Assembly (NCBI GenBank): GCA_000165345.1
Contig: CM000434.1
Location: 640,001-704,000, forward strand
Direction: 5' to 3'
DNA length: 64,000 nucleotides
Shown here: positions 1-10,883 of the stretch, piece by piece
How the letters are laid out: each line of letters begins with the position of its first letter
Numbering within the stretch: position 1 is the stretch's first letter
Notes under the pieces: model-generated
The model's database searches: none
What the model saw: only the letters and a program-made list of their open reading frames with translations
What the model was told of the DNA's origin: nothing
Position numbers and translations under genes: made by a program

Positions 1-13
1 AATCTTTTTTGCC

Positions 14-41
14 TGGCGCCTATATGGAAAGTTCACCCGCC
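14..41. promoter_or_regulatory. E2F-like motifs (TGGCGCC, CACCCGCC) upstream of the OTU gene
   Basis: Direct read of the sequence; 75 to 100 bp upstream of ATG 116. Confidence 0.4.
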
Positions 42-115
42 TTATTTCTTTTTATGTCGAAAGAAGCAGAATTGTCAAAAGGAAATGTTGTAATGAGAAA
101 AACTAGAAACAGCAG

Positions 116-1315
116 ATGAGAGAGGAATGCTTGCTTCCATATGAAGTGAGAGTGAAAAATATTGAAGGAGATGGTAACTGTTTGTTTAGGTCTATAGGAA
201 GCCAGCTTTACGGGGAGAGTGAACACCATGAAATAATTAGATCTGCCTGCATGGATTACGTAGATTTAAACAAGGAATCATTTTCTGGATTTGTACATGA
301 ATATTCTTCAATTGAAAAATATATTCAAGAGAAGAGAAAACTGGGGGTCTGGGCTGATAATATTGAAGTTCAAGCACTAAGTGACCTGTATCGTATTCCA
401 ATATATATATTTGAAAAGGTCAGAAATAGTAAACTGAATGCTAGCTTATTAGAGAAGCATAGACTAGAAGGCTTTTCTGGTACTATGTCAGAAAATATTT
501 TCTATGAGAACAAGGAATTTGTTTATAAGTTACTTTGTAAGATAGAGCCAAGGCATTCAAGTTTCCTTGACCAGATTAAGAATTATTATTCAAATAGTAG
601 GCCAATTCGATTGCTTTATTACAATGACTTACATTATGACTCTTTATTTTATAGAAGAGAGCATCAAACCCCAATAATTAACAAGGATATTGGAATAATT
701 GAGGCTGAGAGCATTAAGAACCTTAAAGTTTACAGAGCCATTGCAAAACAAAAAGAAAAAAGTAGTAAGTTTCCTGTTAGAGGCTCTAAAATAAAAACCG
801 ACCAGGTCGGTCATTTTAATCATACATCATATGCACTACTAAGGAAGAAGGCAATTAAAAAGTTCCCTGTTAATTATGGATCTAGCAGTGAAAGTGACAA
901 CTATGTCGCAAAATCGCCATTTTTCCTATCCGTTAAGAATAAATACCGAGACGAACCCGAATCATTTTTCGAGGGGAATTACCTAGATAAAATCTCTGAG
1001 GGTGAAACTCATTTTGAAAAGCTTCACCCCAAGAGCAAAGAGCCACATAGCAAGTTTATATCTGGGCCCAAATCATTTTCCGAAAGGGCAATAGGAAAGC
1101 CCGCCTGTGTTTCAAAAATTAAGTCATTAAATAATACTCATTTGGGAGTAGTTGATAGATACGCCAGGGATGTTCAACTCTCTTCTCATCAAAAGGAATT
1201 TAAAAAGCTGTTGATTAACGATTCACCTCGATTGTCTTCAACCCCAAATCCAAGAAAAAAGTGTGTTGCAATATATTGTCCACAAATTTTGAAACAAAGT
1301 GCGTTTAGAAATTAA
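116..1315 (+). CDS. OTU-domain cysteine protease (deubiquitinase-like)
   Basis: 399-aa ORF. The N-terminal GDGNCLFRS motif is the OTU catalytic-Cys box, and a His is present in the downstream YNDLHYDS region. E2F-like TGGCGCC and CACCCGCC lie within 100 bp upstream. Confidence 0.7.
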   Translation: MREECLLPYEVRVKNIEGDGNCLFRSIGSQLYGESEHHEIIRSACMDYVDLNKESFSGFVHEYSSIEKYIQEKRKLGVWADNIEVQALSDLYRIPIYIFEKVRNSKLNASLLEKHRLEGFSGTMSENIFYENKEFVYKLLCKIEPRHSSFLDQIKNYYSNSRPIRLLYYNDLHYDSLFYRREHQTPIINKDIGIIEAESIKNLKVYRAIAKQKEKSSKFPVRGSKIKTDQVGHFNHTSYALLRKKAIKKFPVNYGSSSESDNYVAKSPFFLSVKNKYRDEPESFFEGNYLDKISEGETHFEKLHPKSKEPHSKFISGPKSFSERAIGKPACVSKIKSLNNTHLGVVDRYARDVQLSSHQKEFKKLLINDSPRLSSTPNPRKKCVAIYCPQILKQSAFRN

Positions 1316-1323
1316 ATTTAAAT

Positions 1324-2409
1324 ATGGACAGTAGAACTTGGTTTGAAGGAGTTTCTGACTGTTCCAAAAAAATAATTGAAGCTTTAAAAAGTGATAATCA
1401 CTTGTATGGGAGAGATTCTAATCATTTTGCAAAAGAAGGTTTATCGATATTTTATAGTTATGACTTATGCTCGAGTTCTTGCTCAGTTCCAACTGTAGTT
1501 ACAGAATCAAACACTTTATCATCTGAAACAAAAGATAACAGAATGCTATTCTCTTCAGTAGATGAGGAGACTCTATTGCTTCTTCAAGAAGCATTAAAAT
1601 ACCATTATTCTGGAGGAGAAGGAACTTTCATTAATTTGGGAACCCCAGTTAATGAGATAAATGGGCTAAATTCAGCTCATAAGATAGTGCATAGCCCTGA
1701 AATTACGGTTCCTAGTGATGATAAAGAAACAAAGGTTAATACCGAAACTGAAGAAGATATTTTTGAAGGTGTTGGGAGCATTTTTGACCATAAAGAGCAT
1801 AAAAGAACACGAACTAGATCTCTAGAAAGATCTTTAACTCCAGATTTAGATGAGTTTATTGAGAATGTTTACGATTTTAAAGAAGAAGCATTGCATAACA
1901 CTAATGTTCAATCGTCTATTCAATCTCAAGTGATACAAACTAGAAAAGATCAAAATTCTGCTCAAAGAAGCTTCGGATTAGCTTCTAGGACGAAAAATAG
2001 AAAGAGAAATATTGACTACTCATTGTTGTCAAGAAAAGGTCCTATGAGTGCTCCTGATAAGAGCTTTGAAAGCCTTAAACTTCCTCAATTTGAAGATTCT
2101 TCTTCTTCTTATGCAGAATGTTACCTAGAAGTTGACGGTGTATCACATTACGAAACTCATCATGAGGAGTTAGAATCTTCAAGTATTAGATCTCAAAACA
2201 AAGAGATGGAAGATTCATCTTCGGCTCGTGATAAATCAAAAAGAAATATCGATAAATACAAACAAAGGAGGAAAGATAAATCTGTTCATCAGGAATGGAA
2301 GTCTATCCAAAAAATTATGAACAAGCAAAATTTTAGGTCTCTTGAAACTTTTAAGAGTTTAATTAGTGATAACAATGGTTCAATTAAGAATAATTTTGGG
2401 CAAATATAA
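1324..2409 (+). CDS. hypothetical Ser/Glu-rich protein
   Basis: 361-aa ORF starting 8 bp after the stop of the OTU ORF. Acidic, low-complexity, no recognisable domain. Confidence 0.4.
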   Translation: MDSRTWFEGVSDCSKKIIEALKSDNHLYGRDSNHFAKEGLSIFYSYDLCSSSCSVPTVVTESNTLSSETKDNRMLFSSVDEETLLLLQEALKYHYSGGEGTFINLGTPVNEINGLNSAHKIVHSPEITVPSDDKETKVNTETEEDIFEGVGSIFDHKEHKRTRTRSLERSLTPDLDEFIENVYDFKEEALHNTNVQSSIQSQVIQTRKDQNSAQRSFGLASRTKNRKRNIDYSLLSRKGPMSAPDKSFESLKLPQFEDSSSSYAECYLEVDGVSHYETHHEELESSSIRSQNKEMEDSSSARDKSKRNIDKYKQRRKDKSVHQEWKSIQKIMNKQNFRSLETFKSLISDNNGSIKNNFGQI

Positions 2410-2492
2410 ATTTAGAGGGGTAGGGAGTTGTAATTTATAAATAACAGAAAGGTATAACTAACAAGATTATCAACACCATTTGATTTTTCTAA

Positions 2493-3956
2493 TTAATTGG
2501 TTGTCCTAGTTAGCTCAAGCTTGCTCCTCAGTTCTTCATTTTCTTTCCTCAGAATTTCCAATTTACGAACAGAAACGTCTAATAAGCTAACTAAAACAGC
2601 GTTTTGTTCCTCACTTTTCTCCAACTCATCCATTAGATATTCAATCTTCTCCCTATCACCTCCTGCTTTAAGCTTATCTTTAATTCCTTGCAGAATTTTC
2701 CTGCGAATTAGGCTATCTAGACCTGTCTTGAACTCTTCTATAGACTGATCTGCCTTTTTAGGCTCTTGATCCTCCGCTAAAGACTGTGGTTTCCGGGTTT
2801 CTGAAGATTTTTGAACCAAGGCTCCAATATCAGATAAAGCAATAGAATGCGAGCTACTGCAAACAACTTGAACAATATTCTTGTTTTGTAAGATTGGGTG
2901 TTTAGAAGGCATATTTGGATGTATTCCTTGAATTCCATGTCCAATATTTTTTGTCATACCCCAAGTATATATATCTCCAACATCGGAAAGAGCTACTGAA
3001 TGGGAATTACCGCATGAGATATCCACAATAAACGCTTTTTCGAGGTTAGAAAGTCTTTTTGGGGACAAAAAGTCGTGTTCTGGACCATTAAAAATGTGGC
3101 CAAGTCTTCCTCCTTGTCCCCAAGTATATACCTTGCCACACTTTGTGACAGCAGCTGAGTGTTGACTTCCTAAAGAAACCTTTGTTATCTGAATATCTTC
3201 CAAAGGTCCTTCTAATAGTCTTGGAATCAAAACGTCGTCAGTTGACCCAAAGCCAAGCTTTCCAAAAGCCCCTCCTCCGAACATATATAACTTTCCAGTA
3301 ACAAGCAAAATTGCTGTGTGATGTCCTCCACATGATATCTCTTTAATTGGAAGCCCTGCCAAACTTTCTATAAGCTTTGGAGTAAATATATCTTGAGTAT
3401 CTCCATGGCCTAATCGTCCTTGGAGCCCCAGACCCCAAGTTAATGCCTTTTTATCATCAGTTAAACACCCTGTATGGTAACTTCCGCATGAAACCTGTAT
3501 TACTTTCTCTCCTTCCAAAGCTTTAACTTTCATTGGTTGGGAGACTACATTATTTGAAATACTTAACTCAAATTGTCCATGCCCAAGCTTGCCATTTTTA
3601 CTACAACCCCAAGTATAAAGCTCACCATTACTCAAGATTGCTGCTGTATGTCTATCGGAGCAAGCAACTTGAATAACATTTTTAAGACTTAGATTTACTC
3701 TAGGTACCAAACAATCCTCTAAATTACCAAAACCTAGTTGGCCGCATCCTCCATATCCCCATAGGATTAAATCACCAGAATTTGTTATTGCTGCTGAGTA
3801 ATTTGACCCACAGCTTACCTTTGATATGCTGCTTAGATGTCTAAGTCCATCAACTAGATGTGGCCCGGGACTTACTTCCTCGCCTTTAGAACCATGCTGT
3901 CCATATTCGGTTGAACCCCACACCACTACTCCAGATTTTGATAAATTCTGTCCCAT
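2493..3956 (-). CDS. RCC1-repeat protein with N-myristoylation signal and C-terminal coiled coil
   Basis: 487 aa. Repeated WG.GG.GQLG / GHG motifs fit a seven-blade RCC1 propeller. The protein begins MGQNLSK, an MGxxxS myristoylation consensus. The C-terminal 90 aa are heptad-rich. Confidence 0.8.
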   Translation of the reverse strand: MGQNLSKSGVVVWGSTEYGQHGSKGEEVSPGPHLVDGLRHLSSISKVSCGSNYSAAITNSGDLILWGYGGCGQLGFGNLEDCLVPRVNLSLKNVIQVACSDRHTAAILSNGELYTWGCSKNGKLGHGQFELSISNNVVSQPMKVKALEGEKVIQVSCGSYHTGCLTDDKKALTWGLGLQGRLGHGDTQDIFTPKLIESLAGLPIKEISCGGHHTAILLVTGKLYMFGGGAFGKLGFGSTDDVLIPRLLEGPLEDIQITKVSLGSQHSAAVTKCGKVYTWGQGGRLGHIFNGPEHDFLSPKRLSNLEKAFIVDISCGNSHSVALSDVGDIYTWGMTKNIGHGIQGIHPNMPSKHPILQNKNIVQVVCSSSHSIALSDIGALVQKSSETRKPQSLAEDQEPKKADQSIEEFKTGLDSLIRRKILQGIKDKLKAGGDREKIEYLMDELEKSEEQNAVLVSLLDVSVRKLEILRKENEELRSKLELTRTTN

Positions 3957-4412
3957 CCTCGAATTTTAGTCAAACACAGGTATTAGTTTTCAAATTCACA
4001 ATATTATCTGAATTCAATAGCCGATGAACAATTTCCGATTATTTCTTGTTCTAAAAATTATATATTTAAATTTCACTTTGAAGTTCTTACTTTATTAGAA
4101 ATTGATATTCATGAGCAAATTGAAGTAGGTTAAGAATTTTTAGCTCGAGGGCTTTAGACTATTTCATCGATATTAACAAATAGAAATTCCTTTACTAGAA
4201 ATGTCAATGTTTTCTAATTTGCAGTATTTAATGTTGAATTTTTTTTGATCTTTTGTGCGCTAAAATTCATTTACATTTTTTACTGTGAGTGCCTCATTTC
4301 TTAGAGAACAGAGAAATAAAAGAATAAGATTTTGCTCTTGAAGAATTTTGATTAGAAATGAATTATCTCTAAAAGTTGTTCAACTCCAGATCTTGTTTAC
4401 GAGAAAATCAAA

Positions 4413-6611
4413 ATGTACGAAATTGAAAGTCACTTTTTTGAAAATAAACTACAAAGCTGGTTCTCTAAAACTTGTATTTCTAACTTCCCAGAAATTCAAA
4501 AACTCATTCTAGAATTTTTATTCAGCTTTAAAACATCCCAAAAACTTTCTTTAGTTAATAAAGAAGGTCTTTCCTTCTACAGAAGTATCCAAAAGGCAAC
4601 TTTGGGATGCATTAAGGAACTGAATACGCTTGAACACCAAACATGGATGAACTCAAACCCAGATTTGTGGCTATCTTGGTTATTAATGGGCAGAAATAAT
4701 TCTAAAGAGAACGATACTTCAACTCTTATTCCATTGGATCCGAGAATTGTCATGAGGATTTTGTTTAACTTTAGGAAGCTTTATCCTGTAAGCTATAAAA
4801 CCAGAATTATCAAAGACACTAATGGGGAACCATTTTTAAATGTTGAACTTTCAGCTATTTCTCTTGGAAATCTGGAAAATGATCTTGAAGACCCAAAAAA
4901 ACCTTTCTCCTCTATATATGACATGTTTTCTTCTAAAAGAATGGTTTTTGGTGTTGACTTGGTATATGGACAAAGAATTTACCAATTTGACTCTGAAAGA
5001 GACTCTGGAAGTGGAGAAATTATAATTAGTGTTCAACCTGAACATATTTTTGATGTTTTATCTCATAAAGAATTCTCTGAACACCTTTACTCAACCCTAT
5101 TAGGACTTGAAAGAAAATTTTGTTTAGGAGACTGGTCAGGTTACTTTAGTAATAATGCAGGGAAGGAAATGTATGGAAAATTCATGAAATCAGTTTTACT
5201 CCCTCTGAAGACTTTTGAGAAAACTTGTAGAAGGCCAACCTTTCCCTTTGTTTCCATTCTTGCTACTTCACATTTATGTAAAGGAAGAGAAGCTGGACGA
5301 GGATCCGAAAATATCAAATCTTCACTTTACGAATCTTCTATAGATCTTCTGGAAGAGATGTCTCACCAAGTTCTGGATGACTCTAGCTGTAGTAGGATGG
5401 TTGAGGATGCTATATTATACAAGTCTCCATCTTTTGCATTCTTTTTAAGCTCCTCCTGTCTAACAGAAAGTACATTCCAGCTCATTATTGACTCTGTTTC
5501 TCAGAAAGAAAAAAGTTTCTTTCTTGGTAAAAATTTGGAGCCTCTGGAAGAGCTTTATGAGACAAATCAATTGGATCTGGTTTGGGAGAATTTTGATGAG
5601 AATTCTCCTCTATTTAAAAATAGTTACAAAAGTAAGCATAGGCCACCATGGAGAACTTCTATTGATAATATTATCAATGCAATGCAAGAAAAGCAATCCC
5701 AAATCATTTCCCAGCAACCTTCCATTGCCTTCAATCATCAGACACTTAGAAATGATGCTGGACATATTAGTAGAGTAAACAGGCCCTCTTTTAGCTATTC
5801 TAACGAAAATTCAAGCACCGAAAGAAACTTCGAACATGATGATAACGATGAAGATAGAACTTATCTTGATGAAGGAAACTCTTTTGATATTTCTCCAAGT
5901 TCAGAACAAAACCATGTGGAAAGTCCAAGTCTTGTTGCTTCTGGGTTTGTCATGGGAGTTAGATGTCTTCCTGCATCTACAGCTATCACTTCTTTAGGAT
6001 CAATTATTGGAAATGGAAATCCAGGTCGTTCTGGTTCAATTAATAGAGTTAGAGGAACGAATTTGTTGGGAAATCAAAGTCAAAGATTATCCATTCCTCG
6101 TTCTGATATAACTGGGAGATTAAGTTCGTGTCCTACATTTAGTTCAATTGCGACAAGTTGGGGTACTCCAGTTCCCATCACTAGAACAATCCCAATTGAT
6201 GATATTCTTGGAAGAAGAAGAGAATCAATTCATAGTACTCTGGATCCAGAAAAAAACGATCAGAATGAACTAATTCTCAGTGAGATTAGAGTTAAATATA
6301 ATTTGGATAGTGATGAGGACGAGGTTCAAAATGGAAAGAATCTTATTAATGGCAAAGATAAGGATGAAGAATCGGAGAATTTTAAAGATAAGCAAAAATT
6401 AGATATTTATCATTTAGAGGAAAAAAGTAATAGCGAACTTGAACAGGCTTTAATTGAAGAAGAAGTTTTGGGATCATTTACTAATATGCAAATCAAAGAC
6501 TCTGATGCATCAATTCTTGCAAAGGAAACCCTAAAATCCTGGAAATATGTCAATTATGACTTTGATGAAGAATTGGAAATGGAGTCGGAGGAATATGAAA
6601 ATGAGGAGTAA
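4413..6611 (+). CDS. hypothetical protein with an acidic C-terminus
   Basis: 732-aa uninterrupted ORF; no family recognised by eye. Confidence 0.5.
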   Translation: MYEIESHFFENKLQSWFSKTCISNFPEIQKLILEFLFSFKTSQKLSLVNKEGLSFYRSIQKATLGCIKELNTLEHQTWMNSNPDLWLSWLLMGRNNSKENDTSTLIPLDPRIVMRILFNFRKLYPVSYKTRIIKDTNGEPFLNVELSAISLGNLENDLEDPKKPFSSIYDMFSSKRMVFGVDLVYGQRIYQFDSERDSGSGEIIISVQPEHIFDVLSHKEFSEHLYSTLLGLERKFCLGDWSGYFSNNAGKEMYGKFMKSVLLPLKTFEKTCRRPTFPFVSILATSHLCKGREAGRGSENIKSSLYESSIDLLEEMSHQVLDDSSCSRMVEDAILYKSPSFAFFLSSSCLTESTFQLIIDSVSQKEKSFFLGKNLEPLEELYETNQLDLVWENFDENSPLFKNSYKSKHRPPWRTSIDNIINAMQEKQSQIISQQPSIAFNHQTLRNDAGHISRVNRPSFSYSNENSSTERNFEHDDNDEDRTYLDEGNSFDISPSSEQNHVESPSLVASGFVMGVRCLPASTAITSLGSIIGNGNPGRSGSINRVRGTNLLGNQSQRLSIPRSDITGRLSSCPTFSSIATSWGTPVPITRTIPIDDILGRRRESIHSTLDPEKNDQNELILSEIRVKYNLDSDEDEVQNGKNLINGKDKDEESENFKDKQKLDIYHLEEKSNSELEQALIEEEVLGSFTNMQIKDSDASILAKETLKSWKYVNYDFDEELEMESEEYENEE

Positions 6612-6744
6612 ATATTTCAATTCAAGAAACAGGTTAAAGAACTTATTATATTACAATTCATTATCATAAGACTTTTTTTAATGCATTATGTAATTTTCCT
6701 TTTCTAATTGGAAATATTACTCGAACAACAAATTATTTAAATGT

Positions 6745-9039
6745 CTAAGCCTTTACTAGGGAGGACTTTCCTCCTCCTCCTTGGATTCCTTTAACAATAT
6801 TAGGAGGAGCTAATTTAGCAAAAATAGGCTTTAGTTTGGAGATATTTTCAATAGTTTTGGTTAATGAGTTACATTGCATTAGTAACTTTGTATACTTTGT
6901 TTTTGCATTGATTAGTGATCTTTCAAGCTGTTCAATTCTTTCTTCCTTCCTCAACAACCTTCTCTCATTTAGTTGACTTTGTGATTTTAGGTTTGAATTC
7001 TGTTCAACCATCTTTTGGTAAAGCTTTCCAAGTTGTTCCATATTTGTATCTAGTTGAGACATTCTTTCAAGCATACTTTTAGTATCTTGGTCATTAATAT
7101 CTAACTTTTTAGCACCTTTATTGCTTTCCTTTAATTGGAGCTCTAAATTAGCAATTCTAGCAACATTATCTTCAATAGTTTCTAATAATGCTTTATGTTC
7201 AGAGCTCCAAGCTGCATCTTCTTTTGGGTCTGTATTGCTTCTAATTGCAAGTAAGTATTCTCTAAGTTGTTGTATTTCACTAGAAAGACTTTGAAAAGCT
7301 TTGTTAGATTCATTTTCCTTTTCTTCATTTCTTCTTTGTGACTCCTCTGACTTATATTCTTCAATTCTGGCTTCTAAGTCGTGAATATGAATCTGTGATT
7401 GCTCAAGTTCTCCTATTAAAGACTTATTTTTGAGTTGAAGATGTTCAACAGTTTCGGCTTGGTCCTGCTGTTGATATTTTGTTTGACTTAACTCTTGGAT
7501 TAAATCGGAAAGTTTGATATTCAAATTTTCCTTTTCTTCAGACATTAACTTGAGATTATTTTCTTTTTCTGAAATCTCTTGCTTTAATTGAGTAATCTTT
7601 TCGCTGTTTTCTTTAAGTTGTTGTTTGGCTTCCTCCAACTCATCCAATTCATCATTATCTAAAGTTCTCATATTTAAAGTGGTCTTTTCAGATCCAGGAA
7701 TGATTCCTTCCTGAAGCTCTTTCCTTTCTCCAATATTCAAAGAAGAATTAAGTATAATACTACCTCCTTTATCTCCAGATGGTTTATTTTCAGGAAGTTC
7801 ACCTCCAAGCTTTTTAACTAACTCTTCGAGAGTTTGAATATAATTGTTTCTCTCTGCCAATTTTCTTTGTGCTGAGTTAAGAAGAACTTGTAATTGTTCA
7901 ACAGAGTATTGTTGGTTGACTTTAGGAGCATTCTTAACCATTTTAGCTCTGATTCCAAATCTTAAAGTACCAATAGTCTCAGATTCATTTACAATACTTG
8001 GAGAACAAGTAACAATTAAAGCTGTAAGAGAGTTCCCACCAAGGGAATTCTGAAGAATTCTTGTTAATTTCGAATCACGATAAGGAATAAAGTTTTTTGT
8101 ATTATCTGTTAGAGCATTGATAACATTTCCCAAGCAACTTAAAGATTTGTTAATGGTTTTAGCTTCATCCAAAGTTAATCCTTCTGCTCCAGTTTTACTA
8201 ATTTTTTCCGATCCTGCAAGATCAACAAGGAAAAGTTTTCCAACTTTAATACTAGAATCAAATACATTCTTTTGCTGAAGTTGTAACATAAAAATCAAAT
8301 GAGATCTTGACGAATATGAATTCATATTTGTAGATGCCACAGCTCTATGCTTATGTCCAAGAGCCATTAACTCAAAAACTTCCTCTGGAGAAGTCACAAA
8401 GTATTCACTTAAGTCCTTTACGTAAATACCATGTATCTTATCTTCATGTATTCTCAGATTACTTTTTGTCCCACTTGTGTCTAATAGATCTCTAATTCTT
8501 TCCATATAAACCTCGCAAATAGAAACTTTTAGTTGAAACTCAATATGTTCCTCAGCATTACTAATGGTTTCAAATACATCATGAACCATACGAGGAATAA
8601 CTCCCATCTTCTCATTGTCTCCAATTATACCTTCCATTGTAAATGTCTTACCACTAGAAGTCTGTCCATAAGCTAAAACTGTTCCATTAATACCTTTAAA
8701 TAGTTGATCTACAATTGGTTTTGCAGCAGTCTTATAAACATAACTTTGATTAGTATCCATAGGAAAAATATGATCTAAATAGAAAGTCCTTTCTTTTGTT
8801 TCACTATCACTTTTTGATTCTGATGAGCTAATCTCTATACATTGTTCAGATCTCACATTTACACACAGCAAGCCATTTCCATGGGTCTTTTCTGCTTCAT
8901 TTGGAGGTCTAACTCTGCAATATACATGGACTCCAGAACCTGAACCATGCTCATTACCTGTTGTTCCTGAAGTTCCGGATACATTTTCTATATTTCCTAA
9001 ATTCTCGTTTTCTCCCATAATGCTACTACAATTCTTCAA
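6745..9039 (-). CDS. kinesin heavy chain-like motor protein (kinesin-1-like)
   Basis: 764 aa. N-terminal motor with P-loop GQTSSGKT, switch I SSRSHLIF and switch II LVDLAGSE. A long coiled-coil stalk follows. The tail ends PIFAKLAPP...GGGGKS, resembling the kinesin-1 IAK/GGGG tail. Confidence 0.85.
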   Translation of the reverse strand: MKNCSSIMGENENLGNIENVSGTSGTTGNEHGSGSGVHVYCRVRPPNEAEKTHGNGLLCVNVRSEQCIEISSSESKSDSETKERTFYLDHIFPMDTNQSYVYKTAAKPIVDQLFKGINGTVLAYGQTSSGKTFTMEGIIGDNEKMGVIPRMVHDVFETISNAEEHIEFQLKVSICEVYMERIRDLLDTSGTKSNLRIHEDKIHGIYVKDLSEYFVTSPEEVFELMALGHKHRAVASTNMNSYSSRSHLIFMLQLQQKNVFDSSIKVGKLFLVDLAGSEKISKTGAEGLTLDEAKTINKSLSCLGNVINALTDNTKNFIPYRDSKLTRILQNSLGGNSLTALIVTCSPSIVNESETIGTLRFGIRAKMVKNAPKVNQQYSVEQLQVLLNSAQRKLAERNNYIQTLEELVKKLGGELPENKPSGDKGGSIILNSSLNIGERKELQEGIIPGSEKTTLNMRTLDNDELDELEEAKQQLKENSEKITQLKQEISEKENNLKLMSEEKENLNIKLSDLIQELSQTKYQQQDQAETVEHLQLKNKSLIGELEQSQIHIHDLEARIEEYKSEESQRRNEEKENESNKAFQSLSSEIQQLREYLLAIRSNTDPKEDAAWSSEHKALLETIEDNVARIANLELQLKESNKGAKKLDINDQDTKSMLERMSQLDTNMEQLGKLYQKMVEQNSNLKSQSQLNERRLLRKEERIEQLERSLINAKTKYTKLLMQCNSLTKTIENISKLKPIFAKLAPPNIVKGIQGGGGKSSLVKA

Positions 9040-9585
9040 TGAGGAGGTAGCCTTTGATTTTATAGAAATAATTAATATAGCCCAGTTGTTTTTTGAGGTG
9101 GCTCTCTAATAATACTTTACAGAGTTTCTAGGTAAGTTCCCCTTAAAACACTGTTCAGTCAAACTTTACCTCCTATTATCCGAACCTTTAAAACATTGGC
9201 CAAACCTATTATTTTTCCTACTTTCCTCCTTTGAAATCCTAACCTTTTTTTTTCCTAATAAAATAAATCTTTATTTTCTAACATTCATGTAAAACTTGAC
9301 TTTCGGCTACATGCCGTCCAAGTGTGATTAAAATTCAGAATTCAACCTACACACCCTCAATTTACATTGTGGCGGGAAATTTGTTAATAAAAAAAAAAAT
9401 TGTGAATTTCTAATTAATGAAAAAAATAAAATAAATTTAGATGTAATGAATGAGGAAATAGTAAACAATTGTAAATTTAGAATCACTTAACAATTACATA
9501 CTTTTATAATCCAAATTCAAAGGGATTACTAGCTTTAAACACAAAACACTAATCGACTTATTTGAAAAGGAATTACAAAAATGAA

Positions 9586-9950
9586 TCAGATTCCGAGTTT
9601 GTCTGCAATAATGAGTAGGTCTATTGCTTGCGAATCCTCAATCTGAAATTCCCGTGGCTCTTTCTGTTTAGATGAATATTGATGTTTGTACTCTAAATAC
9701 TCAATAACCTTCTTCATTTGACTTGAGTTAATGTAGTTAAATTTCATGCTTCCCGCTTCAAATAACTCATCTTTAATATTAGTAATATATTCAGCCAAGA
9801 CTGGTTTTAGTTGAAATTTCACGCCATCCACACTATAATATAAAGGTAATTAGTTTGAACTTCTTTTTAATTGAGATTGTAACATTCATAATACAACCTA
9901 ACTTACCAAATCAAGTCCAAATATCTCTCTTTTGCTGAGTTCTCAGACAT
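9586..9950 (-). CDS. Elongin C (SKP1-fold BTB protein), 2 exons
   Basis: Exon 1 is 9950..9907 (MSENSAKERYLDLI...). A 74-nt GTAAGT..ATAG intron spans 9906..9833. Exon 2 is 9832..9586. The spliced product YLDLICVDGVKFQLKPVLAEYITNIKDEL...EFQIEDSQAIDLLIIADKLGI aligns with Elongin C (YVKLISSDGHEFIVKRE...EFPIAPEIALELLMAANFL). The ORF track shows only exon 2. Confidence 0.7.
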
Positions 9951-10037
9951 GTTGAGCTTTTTCTGTTTCTGAGATAAGATTTGTCCAACAATCCCAGCTA
10001 CAATTAATAATCCCACAACATGACTCTTTATTAATTT

Positions 10038-10047
10038 AGGCGGGAAG
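10038..10047. promoter_or_regulatory. E2F-like GGCGGGAAGG, promoter of Elongin C (minus strand)
   Basis: About 90 bp upstream of ATG 9950. Confidence 0.4.
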
Positions 10048-10355
10048 GTGAGATTTTTTTTTTTCAGTTTTGATTTAATAAATTTTTGATTTCGAAACGG
10101 GAATAAATAATTATTTTAAATATTTTCTATTTAGATTGTTATGGAATGATAAAATTCTTAATAATTGACATATTAATTTTGAATATTTATTTTATAGTTT
10201 CCATCTTTCTGAAACTTCAAATTTCAACATAAAATCTACAGATTGCAAATACAACTTTCTGTGTGATTATTTTCTTATAAAAATGTTATAATTCCTTCAA
10301 TTATCTCTTTTATTACCCTTTTTCTTTCTTAATAACAAAAAAAATTAGTGCATAA

Positions 10356-10370
10356 TTTTTGGCGCCAACT
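10356..10370. promoter_or_regulatory. E2F-like TTTTTGGCGCCAACT, promoter of SRP14
   Basis: About 85 bp upstream of ATG 10452. Confidence 0.45.
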
Positions 10371-10451
10371 CAAAAATGACTAAGGAGGAAATTCGAAAAA
10401 TATTATTAGGGCCGAAACTAAGAAAAATATAAATAAGAATTATATGGCAAA

Positions 10452-10834
10452 ATGAAAGAGTTTGATGTGAGTGGGTTCATTAATGAATTGAACTCAATTC
10501 TCAGAGATGAGAAGAATAAGAAACCTGTAAGGATCACAATAAAGAGATGTAAGTTGTTAACATTTTTAGCTTTAAGCGATAAAGTTAACTTATAAATTCA
10601 TTTATCACTTTAGATTATCCTGAAATTAAGGGATGCAAGAAAAAACGCAAAGCAATTGAGGAGGAAAAGACCAAGGATAACACGGATAAACATTATCACT
10701 TGGTTAGGGCAACAGATGGAAAAAAGAGGAAGTCGAGAGTCGTAATAAAGAATGAAAAAGACTCAAATACACTTGTCTCTGAACTTAGCAAAAGTTTAGT
10801 TAAAGCTGATATCCAAAAAAAGGTTAGAAAATAA
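10452..10834 (+). CDS. SRP14: signal recognition particle 14 kDa protein, 2 exons
   Basis: Exon 1 is 10452..10548. The intron 10549..10613 has a GTAAGT donor and TTTAG acceptor. Exon 2 is 10614..10834. The product contains HYHLVRATDGKKRKSRVVIKNE, matching the SRP14 LLRATDGKKKISTVV core, and has a basic C-terminus. It is absent from the ORF track. Confidence 0.7.
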
Positions 10835-10883
10835 ATACAAAGCATTAACCGTTTGGAGATTCTACCAATGCTAGTCAACCTAA

